The notes below the pieces were generated by a model. That model saw only the letters and a program-made list of their open reading frames with translations. It was not told the DNA's origin and searched no databases. A stretch of DNA of 64,000 nt from the human T2T-CHM13v2.0 reference genome, Homo sapiens, in the NCBI RefSeq assembly GCF_009914755.1, contig NC_060930.1. The stretch is one strand, 5' to 3'. The first letter of the stretch is position 1. Each line of letters starts with the position of its first letter. Positions 39,095 to 57,368 of this stretch are shown one piece after another. A program made the translations under genes and the position numbers.

Positions 39095-39262
39095 TTTTAT
39101 AACACAGAGAATAAATGCTTGAAGGAATGGATACCCCATTCTCCATGATGTGATTATTTCACATTGCATGCCTATAAAAACATCTCATGTACCCCATAAA
39201 CATATACACCAACTACATACCCACAAAAATTTAAAGTTTTTAAAAATTTTAAAAATTAAAAC
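39095..39262 (+). mobile_element. L1MA-class 3' end
   Basis: ATAAATGCTTGAAGGAATGGATACCCCATT.TCCATGATGTGATTATT.CACATTGCATGCCT...CATCTCATGTACCCCATAAA. Confidence 0.88.
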
Positions 39263-42025
39263 CAAACTGCAAGGACTTGAACTATTCCCAAGGAAGGCAA
39301 AATGAAAATTTTACATTATAACTTCTCTCATAAGTGCCTAAGCAAAATTCAAATATCCAACATATAATATACTTATTTGGTGTCTGCCGAGATCATTTCA
39401 AAAGACCTGACAAAAAGCAAATACCAGTAAACAGAAAGCAAGGTTTCAACATGTTTTAAAATTAGATATCTGAGTTTAAAAGTTAGCAGTTATAATACAT
39501 GAAGTCAATCTACCCCTCATTACCACTATCAGTAAAAAGATGATGTCAATTCACCAACTAACACTACCAATCTAGAGCAACATCAGGATTACCGACACCT
39601 TCTAAGAATTAACGTGTTTTAAAATACTATTTCTGGAGTGGACAAAATGATTATTAGGCCACTTAGAAGAGTATATGCCAAACAAGCCTTTCATGATGGG
39701 CACAAAGCAGTTTTCTAGGCTGGTACAGAACTCATTTCCCCTTCTGAGCCTACCTGGCCATGTTCTATTTATTTGTCACGAATGGATTGGGTCATCCCTT
39801 AGTGCAACAATTTTGCTCTCCAAGGAATAAAGCAATGAACTAAAAATATCCCAATGTCTGGTGCTCGGGACATACTAGACTATATGAAAAGTTGACTCTA
39901 GCTGTTTTATTATTTTAAAAGAGAAAATGTTAATTACATATATGATAAATCATTAAATCTGATTCCATACTTTGAACACTATAATACTACATTGTCTAAG
40001 TACACATACCTCACTGAAGTAGCCCTCAAACAACACAAGATTTTTGTTCCCATCATCACAAGAAAAAAAGATCATACAGTCTCTAAATCATATACCAAAT
40101 TATCTAAATATGTATTAATATCGCATAACACCAGTTTCATGGAAAATTCTTCAGGGTACATTACCTACCACAGATAAGTATGTATTTATATATACATGTT
40201 TTTCACTTCATTATTGACCTCCAATCATACTTGGGTAACTAGGTGACTCAAATGCTCTAAGTAATAATTATCTAAAGCAACATTTCTCACTCTAAAATAA
40301 TCTACACTTGCCATGTCTTCATTCCTTTTATCTCCATGTATGCATACAAATGCTATAAAACCCTTGTTGCATTTTTGAATAGCCAGATTACTAAGGGTAC
40401 ACCAAAATGACTGATCAACTTGGCTTTAGAGGGTTACAAAGAATTCTGCAAAGCTACCACAATTCTCTCTAGGAGATCAATTGCTTCTATCAAATAGCAA
40501 ACGTTTCAACCTTCCCATCTTCCACTCAGTATAACTCATCAGTGGTAACAATGGACAGAGAATGCTAAAGGGAAAAAAATCTTGAATATTTCATATTTGC
40601 ATGGGTATTTTCCTCCCTAACATCTCTCTACTTCCCAAAATTCTGGTAAGGAAATACAAGACTTTGTCTCCTTACAACTTCCTCCTTTAGTGGGCTATAC
40701 TTGGGAAAAGCATCAAGGGAATACTGATGTTTTTTTCTGTTTTGCTTAGGACTGAAAAGCATAACAGTTTAGGGTTTTGCAAAAACCTGAAAATATCACA
40801 CCCACCCTACTTCAGCATTTGTTTAAAAAAAAAAAAAAAAAAAAAAAGCATGCTTAATTCCACTAGTCAAATTCTGAAAACCACCTGGCTAAATAGCACA
40901 TTAATAACTGTCCTTTCAGAAGCTATACTTACATTCTACAATTTCATTCTATAGAAATAATTTTTTAAACACGCAGAAAGGATTCAACATTAGAACTATC
41001 ACAGCTCTATTTTTAAACTGCCAAATTAATTCCAGAAATTAAAAGTTCATTCTCCCACCTCAACGCCCATGGAATCCTGAATGTGATTTACATGTCAAAG
41101 GCTGACTCAGATTTAATACATTTACTTCGGAAAAACTTAGAGATGCCTGTCAAATTACAAAGCAATTGCCTAAACATTCCAGTGACATTTAACTGCTATC
41201 AAACAGTTGAAAGTTGATCTTTAACAGAATACAGCTGTTGGTGCCACAATACCTGAAAGCCCAAAGCAAGATCTGATTGTTCTGAGCCCTTTATCCAACA
41301 ATGGAATCCTCAAGGGAGGATTTTTCTTTTTTTTCTTTTTTTTTTTTTTATGCAGCACCCCAGCCTGCACAATTGGATTGTGGCTTTCCACACATGTACA
41401 GTTTCAATCACAGTTTCACACACACTAAAAACTATTCAGAACCACTGTTCGCAGTTCCTCAATGACTTTAACAAATGGTTCAGGGCCCTACTGTTATCTG
41501 CTCCCTACCAGGACCCCGTGGCTCTATGCTTACAGCAACCCTAAGAGAAACCAGAGGCTCTGCCAAGTGACTCGCTCAAGAATAAAGTCGGCAAGAGGCA
41601 AAGGCAGTGTGACTGCAGGGCCTGATCCCTTCCTTGACCAATGGATAGAGGAACCTCTCATAGCACGACATGGCCAGGCTGAGATGGGCTACAGGGCCCT
41701 CCTTGGGGCTGGAACATCCTGGTCTCACCACTGCCTCTCAGAAAAGCAACTACTTGAGCAAGTGCTCAATAAACTGGCAAATTTCTACCAATAGGTTTTT
41801 AATGAAAGTATTTCTCAACTGACTAAATAGCCAGGACCTGGCTAAAAGACTCATATATCTTCTTCAGAAAGCAGAAAGTGACAAATCATTTCTATGTAAG
41901 CTTTCTTTTGGATGGTAATAAGATCAAAGTAAAATATGCAGCCTTCTCTGTATATTTTAGATCCTCAAATAGTAACTCTTTAAAATGCACTGCATTTTTA
42001 AATAGACAATTTTTCAATCGCTTAC

Positions 42026-42180
42026 CTCAGTATGAAACAATTTTCTTAATCTGAATTAAGTTAATCTGAACCATTTATATTATGATTCCACTAGGCCCAT
42101 TTTGTAAAGATGCATTTGTAGTCAAACATAATTACATGTATACAGCAACAGCTGCTCATAAATTAATTGCGGTCCTCTGC
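42026..42180 (-). other. Candidate non-coding/cryptic exon (155 nt) of the - strand transcript
   Basis: Acceptor CCCTTTGGTACCTCTAG|GCAG; donor GAG|GTAAGC. Confidence 0.25.
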
Positions 42181-42224
42181 CTAGAGGTACCAAAGGGTCT
42201 GATGTATTAAATAGTGTATTGAGA

Positions 42225-42534
42225 GGCAGGGCATGGTGTGTCTCACGCCTGTAATCCCAGCACTTTGGGAGGCCAAGGCAGGCAGATCGCTTGAGCTCAG
42301 GAGCTCGAGGACCAGCCCGAGCAACATGGCAAAATCCCATCTCTACAGAAAAAAAAAAAAAAGGTACAAAAATTAGCAAGGCATGGCAGTGGCACGCACC
42401 AGTAGTCCCAGCTACTCAGGAGGCTAAGGTGGGGGGATCGCCTGAGCCCAAGAGGTTAAGGATGCAATGAGCCAAAATGGTGCCACTGCACTCCAGTCTG
42501 GGCAACGGAGGGAGAGCCTGTCTAAAAAAAAAAA
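42225..42534 (+). mobile_element. AluJ
   Basis: GATCGCTTGAGCTCAGGAG and GGGGGATCGCCTGAGCCC J-type features. Confidence 0.93.
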
Positions 42535-44297
42535 GTTTATAATGAATGGTAAGAAATATTAAAATGCAGCACAATTAAATGTCTAGTAGGCACTACCCAC
42601 CCCAGAAAAGACAAAATGACTGAATCATTGGCTTAAGTATTCAACTTAAAAGCAAATTTACCTAAATGTCAATTTAGACTAATGGTTAGAAAAGTAAGCA
42701 AACAAGTAAGGATGAGAAAATATACAGAGATTTTTTTTTTAAAAAGCCATAATAGAGTAAGCTATAAGTGATAACAATGAACAAAAAATTACCATAGAAA
42801 CAGCTGATAGAGTACCAAAAAAGGCTCCAAGATAATCATATATAGTTAGTAAATTCAATTGAATAGTTTTGTACCAAGGAGCATGCTGAAAGAATACACA
42901 GTAACCTATAAATATTAGAATTATCTTATTTAACTGGAAATTTTACTAATAATAAATTAAATCCAACTCCTAGCAAATGTGACAGTTCAAAACTTCCTAA
43001 TTTCCTCATTCAATTCTTCTGTCATATGAATTGCCACACAAAAAAGAAAATAACTTATAAGCACACTAGCTGAAAATTCAGTAGAATTGTAAACATTTAC
43101 AACCAAAAGAAACAAATAATCCAACCTGTGAGATAGTAATTGTCACTATAAAATGAATCTTTTGAGCATGAAGCTCTGATAATATATGTTTTCTATCTCA
43201 ACCTTTCTCCAATTCTGAAGGCGGCATTTATCGATGTACACAAATGAGAACTAGAAAAAAATTAGAAAAAGAAATGCTATGTTAATGTTAACATTGGCAG
43301 AAGATAATATTTTCCTCTTTAAATGCCATGAAACTCTTTCTTGAAGAGAGCATAGCTATACTTACTCCAAAGTGAAGAGGGTATAAAAGGGAGAGGAAGC
43401 AAGGCATTTGTTTAAACTATACAGCAAATTTCAAAATGGCTTCAACCCTGAGAAAATATCCCTAAAAACACATTTGAAGAGAAAACTACTCAAAGAAATG
43501 CTTATCAGATAAGCTCATAAACCAAGCTTACATCAGTTATAGTCCCATATAGTCTCATATATCATATATAATATTCCTATATATTACCATGTCAAGAACC
43601 ACAGAGACAGCCCTAGCCAGCACAATAAAGTCTTGCTTGAAGAGGGACTGGTATAGTGGTTTACAAAGCTATGGAAAAATACAAGGGTTTCATCCTTCCT
43701 TCAGTTTTTTCATCCCTAAAATGCAGTAGCATTTATCTTCTTTCAGCTCCCGAGAATGTAAAGGGAATAAATGAAATAATTTTGGTTCTTTTAAAGACAA
43801 GTGCTACATAAACCTTCACTTTTTTCCCTCATGATTAAAAACTCGCTTGCACAGAAGGTCACAGTATCTCAGTGGGCCAAAGTAAAAAATAAAAATTGGC
43901 ATTATTCAGTTCACAAAGCACTTTCAGATTTATACTTTAATCTCAAGAACCAGTAGTGAGGCAGAGTGACCATCATCCCAGGATATTACAACGTATGCTC
44001 ACTTGCTAGGTTAGCTTGCCCAAGGACTCGAGCCTGGAACTTTACAGAAAAGTAACAGAAAAAAATTCTGTTTACTACAGCTCTTAATCTCTCAAGTCAC
44101 AAAAGAATTATTATTTGTTAAAAACTGTATGAAAGAGGATGTATTCTTATCTACCAGTCCTGCCAAAATAATAACCATAAGGTAACAATTTTATATATAC
44201 CAATGCTGAAGTTAAGTGTACTAACCTCATAATGGTACCTCTTTATTCAATGTTACATTTAAAAATCAAAGACTAACAATAACAAAAAAAAATTTAA

Positions 44298-44606
<309 letters not shown>

Positions 44607-44621
44607 AGGATGGCTATGATT

Positions 44622-44722
44622 TAAAAAAGAAAAAAAGAGACAGAGAAAGACAAAGAAAGACAGGAGAGAGAGAAAGAAAGAAGGGAGGGAGGGAGAAGGA
44701 AAGAAGGAAGGAAGGAAGGAGC
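44622..44722. repeat. GA-rich low-complexity tract
   Basis: (GAAA/GGAA/GGGA)n purine tract. Confidence 0.85.
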
Positions 44723-44754
44723 AAAACAAGTATAGGCAAGGAGGTAGAGGAAAT

Positions 44755-45432
44755 AAAACCCTTATGAGTTGCTGGCAGGAATATAGAATGAATGGCACAT
44801 CCCTTGTAGAATTGTCTGTTTGTTCCCCACAAATTTAAGAATTACCATATGACCTAGCAATTCCACACATAGGTATGCACTCAAAAGAAGTGAAAGCAGG
44901 GACCCAAATAGATATTTGTGCACCAATGTTCATAACAGCATTATTCACAATAGACAAAAGGTAGAAACAAAAATGTCCAACAATAGATGAATGGATAAGT
45001 AAGACATATACATACAATGAAATATCATTCAGCCTTAAAAAGGAATAAAATTCTGACACATGCTACAACATGAATGAATTTTGAAAACACTATGCTAAGT
45101 GAAATAAGCCAGATAAAGAAAGACAAATATTGTATGATTCCACTTTTATGAAGTACTGAGAATAGGCAAATTCATATAAACAGAAAGTAAAATAAAAGTT
45201 ACCTGGGGCTGCAAGGAAAAAGGAAGAGGAGTTACTGTTTAACGGGTACAGAGTCTGTGTTTGTGATGATGAAAAAGTTCTGGAAATAGACAGTGGTGAT
45301 GGTTGCACAGCATTGTGAACATACTTCATGCTTCTGAGCTGCACATTTACAAATGGTTAAAATGGCAAATTTTTTACATATTTTTGTATAGTTTTTAATA
45401 TATCTTTATATGTATTTTACCACAATAAAAAA
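44755..45432 (+). mobile_element. L1MB-class 3' end
   Basis: AGAATTACCATATGACCTAGCAATTCCAC...CAGCCTTAAAAAGGAA...ATGCTAAGTGAAATAAGCCAG...GATGATGAAAAAGTTCTGGA...TTTTACCACAATAAAAAA. Confidence 0.92.
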
Positions 45433-45758
45433 TGAAACTGAAGGGCTAAATCTATCATCACCAACAATTACTTGAAGACATAAGCATAGAAAGAGCTTAT
45501 GACTGTTAAAACATCTAATGAATATGGAGAACCATAAAGTCAGCATGCCAGTTTCTGAACATACTACAAGGTGTAACACTACTGCAAGTTGACACTAGAG
45601 ACCTATTTTCTTAACCACACAAAGGGAATGTTAACTATGGTTTCCTATCTACGAGAAACAAACTGAATTTGGGGTCTGAGACCAATAAACATATTGGGGG
45701 TTGGGGGGGACAGTATAATATAATCCAACTCATTAAAAGTTTAGAAATGACAAAAATT

Positions 45759-45971
45759 GGTCAGGTGTAGTGTCATACGCCTGTAATCCCAGAAATTTGG
45801 GAAGCCAAGGCAAGCACATTGCCTGAGCCCAGGAATTCGAGATCAGTCTGGGCAGCATGGTGAAACCTCGTATCTACAAAAAGTGCGAAAATTAGCCGGG
45901 GCTACAGTGAGCCAAGATGGCGCCACTCCACTCCAGCCTGGGCAACAAATTGAGACCCTGTGTCAAAAAAA
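45759..45971 (+). mobile_element. AluJ with internal deletion in the right arm
   Basis: ATTAGCCGGG|GCTACAGTGAGCC junction. Confidence 0.88.
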
Positions 45972-47069
45972 GAAATGAAGAAAATTAAACTCAAAATTAC
46001 TTTTCCAAAATCATACAACTGGTTATAACAAAATAAGGACTAGAACAACTCAGGTCTCTTATCCCTAGACTGGTGCTCTTCCTACACTTAGTTTGGCTTG
46101 AACATGTCACTTATCCTCGCTTTCAAGTAATGGCATTCATTTTAAAAAAGGTTATTCAAATGTCCTGAAAACTATACTTGAAAGATCACCCTACAACTCC
46201 TGAATCTATCTGAAGGTTGGGTTCATTCCCATATTCCTGTGATCACTAAAGAATTAAGCTGGCACAATATCCTACAGGGGTTAGTTCAAAAGAACAAACA
46301 AGACTAAACTTAAATCCTAGAAAAATGCAAAATCAATATACTTAAACAGCTTAAGGGTTTCACTTTCCTAACACGCAGAAGAAGGGAGAAAAGATTCTTC
46401 ACACCTAACTGCCTGACTACAAAAGGACAATCATTCACACATCCCACATCCACAAGAAAATGACTTGCACAGCTTAAGCATGCTACCAGTTTGGGAGCTC
46501 TTAGTTAAGAAGACAAAGTTCAAGATCCTACCTAAGAAAAGCATCCGAGACCTCTGTTGGCTAAAACAACCAATCTTACACGGAAAGGTATTTGTTAATA
46601 CTCTTGTTGTGAGACAGTTTCAGGACTACTTAAGGAAGGAAATGCCAAATACAACAGTGAGCAAAGCCAGCAATGACAATGGCAACTGAGATGCTATCGC
46701 AAACTCTTACAGGTGAATCAATATGTAATATTGGGTTACCACCAGCAAATGAGAACAGTTATGAACCTCTGCTGTCCATATCATTCCAAAGAAACTTCAA
46801 TCACCTCCACACCTTTGCCTTCTTCCTAGATCTAGAGCCTAAATGTAGTCCTACTCTTGTACTTCCCATCTCCTCTTCTGCTTCCTTCCCTGACATACAC
46901 CAACACCTTTACCTTCAAGATGCAGTCAAAAGTTATGATCTTTCCAATTGAAGTCAATAAATATTTACTGAGCTCTTCTGGGATGATGTAGTAGAAAATT
47001 TAAAGACATTTAGTGACCTATTTATTGTTATCCAGAGCCTTACATTTCAAACTTTCTGTGTAAAAGATT

Positions 47070-47290
47070 ACAATACAGGGTATTGAGTCCAGTTCTGTGA
47101 CCAGATAGACCTGGATTCAAATGTAAACTTTGACCCTTTAAGACTTTACCTCTCTAAATTTCAGCGTCCTTACTTCTATAATGTGGATAACAATATCTAT
47201 GTGTGCTTGTGAGGTTAAATGAGATAAGCAATATGCTTAACAGTCCAGAGTTCAGAAGTGAGAGGTTAGCAATGTCACTGCTAATTATTA
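47070..47290 (+). mobile_element. MIR
   Basis: CAGATAGACCTGGATTCAAAT...ACCTCTCT...TGTGAGGTTAAATGAGATAA. Confidence 0.7.
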
Positions 47291-48129
47291 CTACAAGAGA
47301 AAGCACAAATGCTCCCATGATTTAAAAAATGGCACCAAAGTTTGGAGGCCAGAATAGACCCTCTAAGTTGATTAGAGAAGGTTTGAGAGAAACGGTCAAA
47401 TCTCAGTTACATCTTCAAAGTGAAAAGTGAACAGAGAGACATTAGTTATAACCTGGATCTGAGGCTAATTTGCTTTGTGACCTGGGTGATGGGCAGTGGG
47501 GAATCATTTAAAATTTCAGGGTCTCAATTTTTCTATTTGTAATTTCAAAAACTGACTTAAAGGATGATTATAATCTTCCAGAGCTAACATTCTGTTATTT
47601 GGTGTAGGAACCAGGTAGGCAAAGTGAAAGGAGGAAGGAATTCCAGGTACAGTTTATGGAATGTTGTAAAATTCTCAAAAATATATAGCTGTATAGAAGT
47701 CAGGAAACGATCCCCTAGCTACAGCATAAGATCCAATGGGGGAAAAGGGAGGAGAAAACATGAACTGCTCATTTTTACCTCCACCATAGGTAGAAAGGAG
47801 CTACTAGAGGTTACTGAGCAAGAGAGTGGCATAATAAAACAATAATAGCATCTTAAAGAGCAGAAGACGGATGTAATAAAAAAACAGCATAAAGAGTAGA
47901 ATAAACTGGGAAAAGGAAGAGTAAGAGGATGAAAACCAAGGAGAAATCAAACGAATGGGATTCAATGATTCTGGGACAATGGGATGGGAATGGCAACCAC
48001 AGTTCTTGCCTCAAGTTTTTAAACTAATTAGAAGCATTAGCTTAGAAAAGTCCCCTGAAGTCTCTAGGTCTCAATTCCTTCATAAAATAACTTTTATCTC
48101 CTCGAACTATGATTCTAAGATTCTGATAC

Positions 48130-48213
48130 AATTTATCTGGATTGAGGCCCAGGTTTTTTTTAAGATCCCCAAATGTTTCTATTGTACAAGCCAGGGTTGA
48201 ATACCATTGCCTA
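48130..48213. mobile_element. MER5-family fragment
   Basis: GGCCCAGG.TTTTTTTAAG.TCCCCA.ATG.TTCTA.TGTACA.GCCAGGGTTGA.TACCATTG. Confidence 0.6.
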
Positions 48214-49018
48214 AACAAAGGAGAAAAAAACAGTTATGGGTTAACTAATAGGACATCTGAGAATAGGCCAGAAGTGATGAGACAGAATTCTAGGGCACAG
48301 CCAGGATAAGCGTACTTATGCACAGACTGAAACAAGGCCATCTTTTCCACTGAGAGGGGCAGGAAAGAGGTATGGTTGGGTAAGTCGCTCTTAGGTTGCA
48401 AAGCAGAAGTTGTGAGCTGATCTCCTCCACCTTCTCCATTGAAGAATCTGTCTCAAATTCAACTATAAGCCAATTCACATTACGATTAGCACTTCAGAAA
48501 TTTCTGTACAATAAAAATATTGCCAAAGGCAGCTAATGTATTTGCTTATTCCAAAACAAGCAAACTATTAAACAATCTGAACTTTATTACAACTTTCATT
48601 TCATTTACCGGTTTTCATCATTCCACAAGCATCTACAGAACGCTAAGCTTAGTATATGCCGATCATTGGGAATACATGAATAAATTAGGGCTGCTGCCCT
48701 GGAAAAATTTATATAAGTGGAGAAAACTGACATTTTAAGGATTTCAAAATCCAACCTGGTAAGTGCCACAAAAGACAGAGGTATTAACGCTACTTGTGGG
48801 AGTTAGAAAAGACTTAGAAAAGCTGACATATGAGCTGTGCCTTAGATGATATGACTCACTTACACAGGGCCCAGGGTTTGAAAAAAAGTGGCTCTAAAGC
48901 ATATAAATGCTTATAAAATGCTTTAAGAAAATAAAACTGAAAAAATTAGTCTCAGCTATAATTACGGTAATTTTTTTTTCAAAAATGTTATTCATCTTTA
49001 TACTTTGAAAACCTAAAA

Positions 49019-49323
<305 letters not shown>

Positions 49324-51039
49324 CTAAAAACCTAAAACATTTAAGGATTATATTCAAGGTGGAAAAAATCTGCAAAAATTTACAGTAGACATTTCAGAAA
49401 AGAGAGATTTATCAAGCATTATGTCCTTTAAAAATGTTTCTTGTGTATATACATACAAAAATACACATAAACAGTATCAATAAACACGTATGTGGATCTT
49501 CATTTTTATATTTCTTTTTATTTTTAATGTATTTCGGCTTGATTTGTTTTGAAGGCCAGGTACCTTCAAAATAAAAAAGAAATATAAGCAATTTAAGCAA
49601 TATAATAAAATTTTAAGCAATTTATCATAGTTATTCCCTATTCAATGCCTTAAATCCTTCATACAGTGATGCAGAAAATAACTACTTCTCTAAAAATATA
49701 TACTGATATTTCTCATTTAAGAAACACCAAGCCTGTAGAGTCTTATATGGGACAATCCAGTGCAGATTTTAATTGTACTTATTCACAATTCATTAATATC
49801 ATGAATGAGACAGAAATGATGAATCAAATTATTCTAGTTGCTATCACCATCTGGAAAATTCATAGAATAACTTTATTTACTAGATATAACAGTATTCACA
49901 GTTAAAGCAATTTCACACATTTTTTAAATGCTGGTTCTTTAAAAATAAGTAATGGTCTACTTATAGTTATAAAAATAATCTTGTAAAGTTATTTCACAAA
50001 TCAACCATGCCTCCTAACACTGAAAAGGAATACTTTTAACTAAAATACAGTATAACCTTTTATTTACTCCAAAATGTAAGTCACTGGTAAATAAACACAG
50101 AATTCCATAATACTTCTTTCATTCTTAGAGAAGAAATGGTTTTTCAAGGCACAGCATTTTGTTTTTATTAATATGGTATGCAGCTGTATTATTTGTACTG
50201 CTGCCCAACATTCAGTAAGTGTTCAAAGTATTTCAAACTGGCAATTCGTATTTAATGCCTAACAAAAGAGTCATGATAGTGACTACTGGGAGCATAAGGA
50301 TAAAACTGAGCCACATTTATTCTGGGGAAAAAACTTACAAAACTGAAAAGAGTGACCATTTTCCACATTAAACTCTACATTAAGAAAAGAAAAGTCAATT
50401 TACAAAACCAACATTTTTTTTTAAGTGTCAGACAGTGACTTCCCAGAGGCTTAGAAACATGATATAAGTATTATGTTATTCCATTAGAAAACGGTTCTTC
50501 ACAAATTCAGTTATACATTTAAACTCTCGATGAAACCTCATCTGTTTACCCAAACCAGAGGAAATAAAGCTGTCTGCAGGAAACAAGACAGCAGCTTATT
50601 GATCCAGCATTACAAGGTTGACCTTCTCTCAACAGAATGTTTAGCTATGTTATGTTGGAATAAAAGGCAAAGGTTAGGACGCAAACCCCTTCTCACTTCC
50701 TCTGGGTATGGACTTTGTAACTGTAAAATACGTGGGAACTCCTACATTTCCAAATTTCCAATCCTTTAATCCATGGCCCAGGAAACTATCAGAATAGGAA
50801 GAAAGTAATGAAGATGCTGTTTAACACAAAATTTAACAACACGCAAACCCTTGAAATATTTTGTTCCAAAAATAACCAAATAGCGAAACAGTTTTATAGG
50901 TAGTAAAAGATCACAGACCAGAGGCCTTAGAGATCATCTAACTTTACCCTGTTTTTCCATTTGCTGAATTAGGGCCTCAGTATCAAGGTTTCACCGTGCT
51001 CTGTAGCACTTTCCTATAATGTAAATGCTTTCTGTGCCA

Positions 51040-53610
<2,571 letters not shown>

Positions 53611-54450
53611 AAAAAGAAACTCAGTAAGAATGCAGGGAATGACCCCTAATCCCAGCATCTTCACCTCATCATAGAATCTTCATCTAATACCTAGCAAAAT
53701 GAGTACCAGCCAAAAGACCTTAAAATAAAAACTAGCAAAAGATTTACTAGCATTAACAAAAGAAAGAAAAAGATGTAAAACCTACACTACAAGCCTGATA
53801 CAACAAATGAAATAATAGAGAAGATTCCAGTGAATAGCAGTGTGACTTCATCCCCATCTCTTAATGCACTAAACATTAGGGGAAAAACAAGGTGGTGAGG
53901 AAATGGATGGTATTATTCTGCCCTCTTTATTTATACATAGAAAAATTTCCACAATAAGTAGTAAAAACAAATGATTACAAAATCCTTCAAAGGATCACTA
54001 TAGAACACATTTATTTAATTTCCCACATAAATTGGTTGCTTTCTGATTTCACATCTTCTCACTTTTATCCTTCTACTTCTAACTGTCAAGGAAGAAGAGG
54101 GGGAAAAAAAAGAGTCACTAAGGATACTTGCTTACTGGGTAAGAAATCTAACTAGCAAAACCAAAAAGTTTCCATCATTGTGCTAGAAAAATCAAGACTG
54201 ATTTTACTGTAAAATGTCTCACTTGAACGGAAAACCTGGTTTGTGGTACATGGAAATTACTAAGACAGCTGCTTTCTCCCTTTCTTTTTTGGAAATGAAG
54301 CTGGAGTAGAAATTCTTGTGTAATCTGTATTTGGATGTGGTGTTTGCAGAGGATTATTATCTTCCCAAATTTCTAAGTGGTTCCATCTGTTTTTATGGGG
54401 AATTTGGCTTAGGCTGATTTTAAAAATGAAGAACCAAGTAAGAAATCCGA

Positions 54451-54766
54451 GGCTGGGCAAGGTGGCTCAGGCCTGTAATCCCAACAGTTTGAGAGGCCGA
54501 GGCAGGCAGATTACTTGAGGTCAGGAGTTCAAGACCAGCCTGGTAAACATGGCGAAACCCTGTCTCTACTAAGAATACAAAAAAATTAGCTGGGTGTAGT
54601 GGCACACTCCTGTAATTCCAGCTACTTAGGAGGCTGAGGCAGCAGAATCGCTTGAACCCGGGATGCAGAGGTTGCAGTGAGCCAAAATCGCGCCGCTGCA
54701 CTCCAGCCCGGGTGACAGAGTAAGACTCTGTCTTAAAAAATAAAGATAAATAAATAAATAAATAAA
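54451..54766 (+). mobile_element. Alu (AluSx-like), (TAAA)n tail
   Basis: Full-length sense Alu. Confidence 0.95.
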
Positions 54767-54849
54767 TCCAAACATCCTTACATTTAGTATTTAGGTATAC
54801 TCTTTGAGTGGTTTTAAGAAATAACAAAACCAATGAAGTATTAACAACA

Positions 54850-55450
54850 ACAAAAAAAACTGAACCAGAAGATGATGAAAAGCCTCTGCATGTACTACCA
54901 ATTCATAGGATGAAGGCACAGGTTAAACTACATAGGGATGGAATCAGAAAAACAGAAATTGCAGGAAGGATATAGGACAACCCAATTTCTTCAACAACAA
55001 CAAAAATTGCAAGGAAATATAAAAGAAAGAAAGGGACAGAACCAATAGATTAAAGAGATTTGAAGAGACCTATCACAATCGCAATGTATGTACCTAACTT
55101 GGATCCTGATTCAAATAAGAGACTATGAAAGAAACAAAGACAAATGGAAATCTGAACACAGTGAATATGTGATGACATTAAGGATTTGCTGTTAATTTAT
55201 TTAGTTATTATAATGGTATTCTAAAGAGTCTCATCTTTTATAGATACGTAGTGAAGTATATGTAGATGGAATGATGACATGCCTGGGAATTGCTTCCAAA
55301 TAATATAGTAAGAAGTGAAGTGAATAGAGAGACAGATAAAAGAAAGCCAGCCATGAGCTGACAGATGTTAAAGCTGAATGGTGGGAAAGGAACGGGGAAT
55401 CAATATGCTATTCAGTTTAGTTTTGTATATATTTAAAACTTTCTAAATAA
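54850..55450 (+). mobile_element. Old L1 (L1MC/ME-class) 3' end
   Basis: ACCCAATTTCTTCAAC...TAGATTAAAGAGATTTG...TTGGATCCTGATTCAAA...GGAATTGCTTCCAAATAAT...TTTTGTATATATTT. Confidence 0.75.
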
Positions 55451-55759
<309 letters not shown>

Positions 55760-57368
55760 AATAATGCTTTTTTGTTTAAAAAAAAATTGAAATAATGGAA
55801 ATGGAAGTAAGTTAATAATGGAAATACAGTTAGCATACAAAATTCTTAAAACTTTTTAATTTAAAAATTAATTTCTAAAACAATTGAGACATTTTTGACA
55901 AAAAAGTAGAATCGTGGTAAACAAAATTCAGAATCTTTTTCATCTTCAAATAACTTTAATCATCTTAAAATTTCAGCAAGTCATAAAATGGGAATCATAA
56001 AATCTTTAGCTTGGAAGATACCCCGGTGGTCACAAAGCTCCATCTCCCACCCAGTGAATCTTCCTCCCACCTTCCAACAGCCTGTTGCCTGGGTCCTTCA
56101 AGCCTTGGGAAAGCACTCCATTCCAAGGCAGCCCCATTCCATCATCAGCCTTCTCCAACTGTTAAAAAGTTCCTCTGCTACCAGGCAGAAAACTTCCCTT
56201 CTCCAAATTTCTTAGTTTTATCCATGGAAAAAGAATTTTTCAAGTTGCAGTGACAGTCCACTGGTGAGTTGTGAAATTAAGTTTGTGGACTATTGACTGG
56301 AATTTTATTATTATTAAGTAGAAAAGAAAATCTCAGAGCACAATACACAGTAAGGTTAAGAACTAATTTGTGAAACTTGTTTCTGTTATTCATACATATA
56401 TATACATATACACACATCCATACTGAATAAAGGGTCAAGATGTAAAATATATTTCTTCCAGCAGATTTTGTCAAAAACAAAATCAGAAAGGCAGTGCTCA
56501 AACACCAGCTCTCAACAAGTTGCCCCCCAGTAAGTTTTATCCCTTCAGTTATTTCTACGGCTAGTTCTTCAGGTGCTATAGTTTCTCCTCATCTCAACAT
56601 CCCAGTAACCCTTCATGGACATGGTTTCCACTCGTCTTTATTGAACAAATATCTATTAGTGCATACTATGTACCCCTTAAAATGAGGTATCTAAATATTC
56701 TAAGTCAATGCAAAATAATCCATTACAGCCCACATTTTACACAAAATATTTCATATTTAAATATTCATTTAATATGAATATTTAATATTTAAATATTCAT
56801 TTAAAAATGATGAGATGCTGGCAGAGATTCTTCTAAGTCACTGAAATGCAGAACTCAAGAGAAAGACTTAGCCTGGAGAGAGATATGAGTTAACAGATTA
56901 AAATAGGTAAAGTCTTGGGTGATAAAAATTAGGGCTACGAATCAAAGGCTAAGGACAGAACCCTGGGAAACAGGAAAATTGAAAGGATAGTCAGAGGAAA
57001 AGAAGTCTGCAAAGAACAGAAGGAAAAGGAGAACAAAGAGCCAAAACATGTCAGGAGAGACTCAAAGACTTTCAATGACATCCCAACAAATTTCATGTTA
57101 TTTATTTCAGCCCATTTTGTAGCTAATAAGACAATCTAGGAACAGCTTACTCGGTTTCCCTATAAACTTCTGTGAAATCTGTATATCTGATAAGCAATCC
57201 TTGTTTGTTACCATTAAAAATCACTGGCAAAAATATCTTGCATAGGAGATGACCAAGGTTAAAATTTCAGTAACAAAAACCACAAGAGATTTTTTCCAAA
57301 GTTGTTTATAAAGATATAAAGATACCATGAAAACTTTATCAAATGTTTTGCCAAGATCTACGCCTATA

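Noticed and set aside
56745-56810. AT-rich self-similar/palindromic stretch
   Set aside because: Low-complexity AT sequence in which such symmetry is expected.
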